A stretch of 64,000 nt of DNA from the NCBI GenBank assembly GCA_037447295.1, contig JBBIGZ010000009.1, positions 8,400 to 72,399 of the forward strand, given 5' to 3'. Of this stretch, positions 56,121 to 64,000 are shown piece by piece; positions within the stretch are counted from its first letter, which is position 1, and each line of letters opens with the position of its first letter. Position numbers and translations under genes: made by a program. Source of the stretch: Chloroflexota bacterium. GTDB lineage: Bacteria; Chloroflexota; Anaerolineae; Anaerolineales; Villigracilaceae. The notes under the pieces were generated by a model. The model saw only the letters and a list, made by a program, of their open reading frames with translations. It was not told the origin of the DNA and searched no databases.

Positions 56121-56731
56121 TGTGGCGGCAGATTCCCCTTTCCTGGCTGATCCACGGCTATGCCTGGGGTGGTCTTTTGCTTTTGCTCCTGCAAGCACTA
56201 AGCGGGCGGCTGGGCGTCAACCCGATCCAAAGCCTGGAACTCCGCACCGGGCGCGGGGCGATGATCTTTTTGCTCCTTTCGCTGGCCTGCACTCCGCTGC
56301 ATCGTTGGTTTGGCTGGCAGGAGGCTTTGCGTCAACGGCGGCGACTCGGCCTCTATGCGCTGCTCTACGCCACCTTACATGCCCTGATCTTCGTGCACCT
56401 GGATTATGGCCTGGCCTGGAGCACGTTTGTCCGCACCGTGCTCGAAAAACGCTACCTGCTCTTTGGCATTGCGGCATTTCTGTTCCTGGTTCCCCTAGGC
56501 GCGACTTCGTTTGACATCTGGAAGCAGCGCTTGGGTCGCAATTGGAAGCGGTTACATCGTCTGGTCTACATTGCCTTCCTGCTCGTACTGATTCACGTTG
56601 CCCTTTCCCAAAAAGGGAATCTCTTGAGCTTGCAGGGACAAATCCTGCGTCCGTTGCTTTACGCCATCCTGGGGGGCATCCTGTTGACGGCGCGCCTGCG
56701 ATTAAGATTTGGAAAACGAAACCATTTCTGA
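56120..56731 (+). CDS. msrQ: protein-methionine-sulfoxide reductase heme-binding membrane subunit
   Basis: 203 aa with 6 TM segments and the conserved His pattern of the YedZ family. The ATG overlaps the msrP TGA. Confidence 0.85.
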   Translation: MWRQIPLSWLIHGYAWGGLLLLLLQALSGRLGVNPIQSLELRTGRGAMIFLLLSLACTPLHRWFGWQEALRQRRRLGLYALLYATLHALIFVHLDYGLAWSTFVRTVLEKRYLLFGIAAFLFLVPLGATSFDIWKQRLGRNWKRLHRLVYIAFLLVLIHVALSQKGNLLSLQGQILRPLLYAILGGILLTARLRLRFGKRNHF

Positions 56732-56738
56732 GCGTCCC

Positions 56739-57974
56739 ATGTCCAAACCATCTCCACGTCTCGTGCTTTTCGCTTTACTTTTCTTCTTGCTTTCTTTGGG
56801 TCTCTATCTCAACGGGCATCGCGATCGGCTGGCCTGGGAATATGAGCGCCTGGTGACCTATGGACGCGGGGTGATCGTGCCGGTGAAACCATTTCCGACA
56901 CCGCTAGCAACGGTCGAAGCCCTTCCTTCGCCCACGCCGCCCCTTTCACCCACCACATCGAACACGCCAAGCGCTCCCGCACCTTCGGCTACTCCTACTC
57001 CTACCCTCCCGCCCTTACCATCCCAAGTTTTTCTGCCTGCTCCGACCTGGGAAAAGCAGGATATGAACAACTGCGGACCGACCACCCTGAGCATGGCACT
57101 GCGCATGTACGGATGGCAAGGGGATCAGTTCGATATTTCCAAGATTATCAAGCCGGAACGCGCCGATCGCAACGTCAACCCAGAAGAGATGGCCTACTAC
57201 GTGAACAATTACGCCGGCTGGCTGCGAGCAGAGTTCCGCGTCAATGGGAATATCCAGCTGCTCAAGCGCTTGCTAGCAGCTGGTTTTCCGGTGATCATCG
57301 AAGAAGTTTTCATTTTCGAGGAGAGCTACTGGCCGAACGACGATCATTGGGCAGCGCATTACCTACTCCTCACCGGTTACGACGATCCAAGCGGCACGTT
57401 TATCGGCCAGGATTCTTACCACGGTGCAGATCAGGTGATCGACTATGCCCAACTGGACGCGAACTGGCAACCGTTCAACCGTCTCTATTTCCTGATCTAC
57501 CGCCCAGAGCAGGAAGAAACCCTGCGTTCCATACTAGGAGAGGATTGGGATATCGATACCAACCGTCAAGGCGCGCTGGAACAAAGCCGCAAAGAGACGG
57601 AAGAGTTTCCCCAGAACGCCTTTGCCTGGTTCAACTACGGCACGAACCTGGTCTATTTCGAGCGCTATGCCGAAGCCGCACGCGCCTACGATCGAGCACG
57701 CCAGATCGGGTTGCCGCAACGGATGACGCGCTACCAATTCGGGCCGTTCATCGCCTATTTTCACTCCGGGCGCATACCCGACTTGCTGGCGCTGACCGAA
57801 TATACCCTGCAGCGCACCTCTAACTCAGAAGAGGCCCTGCTTTGGCACGGTTGGGGGCTATACCGCCAAGGTAACTTGAAGGGCGCCATTGCCGATTGGC
57901 GACGCGCGCTCAAGGCCCGCCCCGGCTACCCAGATGCGATATACGCCTTGCAATTTGTCGGCGAAGCCCCATGA
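56739..57974 (+). CDS. secreted or anchored C39-like cysteine peptidase domain protein with C-terminal TPR repeats
   Basis: 411 aa. Signal anchor, a Pro/Thr/Ser-rich linker, QDMNNCGPTTLSMALRMYGW (C39_2-like catalytic Cys region), and TPR-like repeats at the C-terminus. An alternative TTG start lies at 56709. Confidence 0.65.
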   Translation: MSKPSPRLVLFALLFFLLSLGLYLNGHRDRLAWEYERLVTYGRGVIVPVKPFPTPLATVEALPSPTPPLSPTTSNTPSAPAPSATPTPTLPPLPSQVFLPAPTWEKQDMNNCGPTTLSMALRMYGWQGDQFDISKIIKPERADRNVNPEEMAYYVNNYAGWLRAEFRVNGNIQLLKRLLAAGFPVIIEEVFIFEESYWPNDDHWAAHYLLLTGYDDPSGTFIGQDSYHGADQVIDYAQLDANWQPFNRLYFLIYRPEQEETLRSILGEDWDIDTNRQGALEQSRKETEEFPQNAFAWFNYGTNLVYFERYAEAARAYDRARQIGLPQRMTRYQFGPFIAYFHSGRIPDLLALTEYTLQRTSNSEEALLWHGWGLYRQGNLKGAIADWRRALKARPGYPDAIYALQFVGEAP

Positions 57975-58031
57975 ATGCACCGAAGATGCAAGTATAATGG
58001 GCTTACCCCAGCCCCCACAAAAGGAGTTCCC

Positions 58032-59396
58032 ATGATCGATTACACCCGAATTGACGCCTATCTGGAATCTCATCTGGATGCCAGTCTGCAAGAGCTGGCA
58101 CAACTGGTCGCCCAACCCTCCGTTGCCGCGCAGAATTGGGGACTAAAAGAATGCGCAGCGCTGGTCGCCGAAATGCTGGGTCGACGCGGGTTCCAGGTGG
58201 AAATCCTGCCTACAGAAGGCGCGCCGGTGGTGCTCGCCGAGCGCAAAGGACGTAGCGAGAAGACCCTGCTCTTCTACAATCACTACGATGTCCAGCCGCC
58301 GGAACCGCTAGAACTTTGGGAAACGCCGCCTTTCGAGCCCAGCATTCGGGATGGCAAGATGTATGGACGTGGCGTGAGCGATGATAAAGGTCACCTGGTG
58401 GCACGGCTCTTCGCCCTGGATGCCTTGCTGGATGCCGAAGGAGAATTACCCTGTAACGTGAAGTTCATCATCGAAGGGGAAGAGGAAACCAGCAGCGTGC
58501 ATTTGCACGATTTCATCCTGCACCACAAGGATCGACTGAAGGCCGATGCCTGTGTTTGGGAATTCGGTTATGTGGATCATCGCGATGTGCCGATGCAATA
58601 CCTCGGCTTGCGCGGCATTTGCTACGTGGAGCTCTCCGTTGAGACGGCCAGCACCGATGTGCATTCCGGCCTCGGCGGTTCGATCTTCCCGAACGCCGCC
58701 TGGCGACTGGTGTGGGCGTTGAACAGCCTGAAAGGGGCAGATGAGCGCATTCGCATCCCCGGCTTCTACGATGCGGTGCGACCGCCATCGCCGCGCGATT
58801 GGGAGCTGATGGCCGCACTGCCCGATGTGGCGGAAGAATACCGCCAGCGCTATGGGGTGCGCGAATTCATCAAGGGCCTAAAAGGTGGCACGGAATTGCA
58901 CATTGAGGAGGTCTTCAGCCCCACCTGTACCATCTGCGGCCTGACCAGCGGCTACCAGGGAGCCGGTGCAAAAACCGTCTTGCCGGCCCGGGCCTCGGCG
59001 AAGGTGGACTTCCGCCTGGTGCCCGATCAGCATCCCCAGGATATTCTGGAAAAGCTGCGCGCCCACCTCGACCGGGAGGGCTTTTCGGATGTCCAAATCC
59101 ACTTCCTCGGCGGAGAGCCACCGGCGCGTACCGATCCGGACGATCCGTTCGTCAACCTGGTAGTAGAAACAGCGCGCCCGGTTTATGGGGTGCCGATGCA
59201 AAAGGTGCCGATGACCGGCGGCTCCGGGCCGATCTATCCCTTCGTCCACGATCTCGGCTTGCCCGTCGCCACGGCCGGCCTGGGCTACCCGGATACGCGC
59301 GCCCACGCTCCGAACGAGAACATCCGCATTGACCTGTATCTAAAGCACGCTCGTCACATGGCGCGCGTCATCGGCGAGTTCGCTCATTCGAGCTGA
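58032..59396 (+). CDS. M20-family metallopeptidase/dipeptidase
   Basis: 454 aa. Contains LLFYNHYDVQP, GRGVSDDKG and IIEGEEE. AAGGAG ribosome-binding site. Confidence 0.85.
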   Translation: MIDYTRIDAYLESHLDASLQELAQLVAQPSVAAQNWGLKECAALVAEMLGRRGFQVEILPTEGAPVVLAERKGRSEKTLLFYNHYDVQPPEPLELWETPPFEPSIRDGKMYGRGVSDDKGHLVARLFALDALLDAEGELPCNVKFIIEGEEETSSVHLHDFILHHKDRLKADACVWEFGYVDHRDVPMQYLGLRGICYVELSVETASTDVHSGLGGSIFPNAAWRLVWALNSLKGADERIRIPGFYDAVRPPSPRDWELMAALPDVAEEYRQRYGVREFIKGLKGGTELHIEEVFSPTCTICGLTSGYQGAGAKTVLPARASAKVDFRLVPDQHPQDILEKLRAHLDREGFSDVQIHFLGGEPPARTDPDDPFVNLVVETARPVYGVPMQKVPMTGGSGPIYPFVHDLGLPVATAGLGYPDTRAHAPNENIRIDLYLKHARHMARVIGEFAHSS

Positions 59397-61504
59397 CGCG
59401 CCGCCTGCAGCGTCAAGCGGGTGACGCCGATCAATTGCTCATACGGAATGGGAGGCGAACCGCCCCGCCGCAAGGCCTGGAGGAAAGCCTCCCATTCGGC
59501 ATACCAGCCCTTATCCTGCGCCGAACGAAAGACCTGCCGCCGCCCATCCTGCGTCCATTCCAAGCGACGGAAATCGTCCAAAACAGCGATCGCTCCACCG
59601 CAAAAGACCTCCAACCGTTCCTTGGGATAGGAACGATCGCCGTTTGCCAGGTAATCCAACACGGCCAGGGAGCCATCCTCAAAACGCAGGGTGAGGGTGA
59701 AGTTATCCCGGTGGTACTTGCCGCCATCTGGCAAAGCCCGAATGCTGACCAGCTCGGGCAACCCATCGGCCAGAAAAGTCAAAAAGTCCACGAAATGGCA
59801 AGCCTCGCCGATCAACCGGCCTCCGCCTTGGCGGGGATGATGCAACCAATGATCACCGGGCAGATAGCCGGCATTGACGCGATAGTGAGCGAAAAGCGGT
59901 TCGCGTCGAGTGCTCAGGAGTTGCTTCAGTCGCCGGGCCAGAGGGGCAAAGCGCCGGTTGAAGCCGACGGTCAACAGGGTTTGTGCCTGTGATAAGGCTC
60001 GCTCCATGGCCTCGAGCTGCGCTTCGTCGATCGCCAAGGGTTTTTCAACAAAGACGTGCTTGCCGTGTTCTAGTGCCTGCAGCGCCAGCGGAACATGGGT
60101 ATCGTGGCGCGTCAGGATGGCGACCAGGTTGACTTGGGGGTCTTCGATCACTTCTCGCGCTTCGGAAGTGGCATAGGCAAAGCCAAATTTGCGGGCGATC
60201 TGCGCGGCATGGACTCCGCCGCTGGAAGCGACACCGAGACGGGTGAGCTGCGGAAAGCGCCTGAGCACAGGGAGGAGGGTATTCTGGGCGAAATTGCCGG
60301 CGCCAATCAGACCGAGACGGAATTCCTTGAGCGGTTCAGCCGCAACGGGGAATTCCACACGGCGCTCGGTGGGAAGATCGAGGCTGGGTGTGCCATAGGT
60401 GAGCAGGACGCCCAGGAAAGGTTCGCCAAGCCGGCCGCGGATTAGATCATAGGCCTGAGGCGCCTGTTCAATGGGGAAGCGATGCGTGATCAGCGGCTGC
60501 ACCCGCAACTTGCCCTCGGCCATCAGGTTTAAGACGGCCTCGAAATTGCGTCCCTCCGTCCAGCGCACGTAGGCATAGGGATAATCCTGACCCTCTTCTT
60601 CATAGCGAGGATCATAGCGACCGGGGCCGTAAGAACGCGAGTTGACGAAGGTGAGCTCCTTTTCGTAATAGAGCTTGCGGGGTAGAGTCTGTCCGACGGC
60701 TCCTACAGCCACCACGCGTCCGCGCAGGCGGGCAATGGTGCCGGCCAGCTCCACCGGGTCGTTGGAAGGGGTATCGGCGCAAAGGATGACGGCATCGAAG
60801 CCGCGCGCTTGGGTAAACGCTTCGGCCGCGGCTTCTGCTTCGGTGCGCAGGACAGCCTGAAGTCCCAGCGAGGATGCGAGGGCGACGCGCTCCGGAGCCA
60901 GATCAATGCCCAGGACGCGGCATCCGGCCGCGGCGGCGATCTGCAGCGTGAGCAGTCCCAGTAATCCCAATCCGATGACCGCTACCGATTCGCCGATCTC
61001 GCTTTGGGCCAGGCGAAAGCCGTGTAAGGCGATCGCGCCCAACGTGGTGAAGGCGGCAGATTCAAAGTCAACGTTTGCGGGAATGGGGGTGAGCAGGTTG
61101 CGGGGAATGAGATTGTATTCGGCATGGACGGCGTAATTGCCTCCGGCACAGGCAACGCGTTGGCCGATATGGAAGCCTTCCATGCCCTCGCCAAGCGCAA
61201 CGATCACGCCGGCGGAAGAATATCCTAGAGGCATGGGTTGATCCAGTCGCTCGAAGGCCGCTTGTAGGGTAGGAATTAGGCCTTCGCGCTGCATTTTTTG
61301 GATCACCTGGCGCATCAAGTCGGGGCGGGCACGTGCTTTGCCGAGCAAGGATTTTTGGGCAAATTCGACCAACGTGCGTTCGGTGCCGGCCGAGATCAGG
61401 GAGTTGACCACGCGCACCAGCGCCTGACCATGCCGCGGTGTGGGAATGGGCACTTCGGCTACAAAGGTTTCACCGCTTTTGAGATTTTGGAGCAGCTGTT
61501 TCAT
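59384..61504 (-). CDS. bi-domain oxidoreductase (Zn-type alcohol dehydrogenase/MDR N-terminus fused to a Gfo/Idh/MocA C-terminus)
   Basis: 706 aa. MDR-like N-terminal half (GxGxxG at VIGLGLLGL) and a second Rossmann motif (LIGAGNFAQN) with a Gfo/Idh/MocA-like C-terminal half. The 3' end overlaps the convergent M20 gene by 13 nt. Confidence 0.75.
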   Translation of the reverse strand: MKQLLQNLKSGETFVAEVPIPTPRHGQALVRVVNSLISAGTERTLVEFAQKSLLGKARARPDLMRQVIQKMQREGLIPTLQAAFERLDQPMPLGYSSAGVIVALGEGMEGFHIGQRVACAGGNYAVHAEYNLIPRNLLTPIPANVDFESAAFTTLGAIALHGFRLAQSEIGESVAVIGLGLLGLLTLQIAAAAGCRVLGIDLAPERVALASSLGLQAVLRTEAEAAAEAFTQARGFDAVILCADTPSNDPVELAGTIARLRGRVVAVGAVGQTLPRKLYYEKELTFVNSRSYGPGRYDPRYEEEGQDYPYAYVRWTEGRNFEAVLNLMAEGKLRVQPLITHRFPIEQAPQAYDLIRGRLGEPFLGVLLTYGTPSLDLPTERRVEFPVAAEPLKEFRLGLIGAGNFAQNTLLPVLRRFPQLTRLGVASSGGVHAAQIARKFGFAYATSEAREVIEDPQVNLVAILTRHDTHVPLALQALEHGKHVFVEKPLAIDEAQLEAMERALSQAQTLLTVGFNRRFAPLARRLKQLLSTRREPLFAHYRVNAGYLPGDHWLHHPRQGGGRLIGEACHFVDFLTFLADGLPELVSIRALPDGGKYHRDNFTLTLRFEDGSLAVLDYLANGDRSYPKERLEVFCGGAIAVLDDFRRLEWTQDGRRQVFRSAQDKGWYAEWEAFLQALRRGGSPPIPYEQLIGVTRLTLQAARQLE

Positions 61505-61555
61505 CTGTGAGCCTCAAATCAAGGATGACATTGTCTAGTATAATTCGGGGGTTGA

Positions 61556-64000
<2,445 letters not shown>

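Overview
This is a 64 kb chromosomal segment at roughly 55-60% GC by eye. Genes are densely packed and many stop and start codons overlap. Protein signatures suggest a Chloroflexota (Anaerolineae-like) genome, but that is inference only because no search could be run. I support about 52 protein genes. Most are housekeeping: uvrC, nnr, pckA, thrC, rpe, rnz, pfkA, ruvX, lipB, dnaB, pdp, comM, mscL, pcrA, msrPQ and gmd. There are also two large orphan sensor histidine kinases, a Hanks-type Ser/Thr kinase, an FHA protein, a peptide-type ABC importer lacking ATPase genes, one tRNA-Pro(GGG) with its own promoter and terminator, and two open-ended ORFs at the window edges that the ORF track omits. 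I found no rRNA, no CRISPR array and no intact mobile element or prophage. It is not a classical accessory island. Five signals stand out. (1) Tandem 7-nt arrays with consensus (CYACSGT)n occupy ten intergenic regions, usually just upstream of promoters and in the orientation of the downstream gene. (2) At least five genes have a -10-like hexamer exactly 6 nt before the ATG and no Shine-Dalgarno, which is leaderless-mRNA geometry. (3) A dnaB / dnaD-like / dnaC-like cluster ends in a loader-like protein made of an internally duplicated tandem AAA+ module behind a Cys4 motif. (4) A low-GC islet carries a 5'-truncated DNA methyltransferase remnant and a 97-nt element bounded by perfect 13-nt inverted repeats. 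(5) GC drops abruptly at the right edge inside a glycosylation cluster. All functional calls rest on motif recognition by eye. No BLAST or HMM search was possible.
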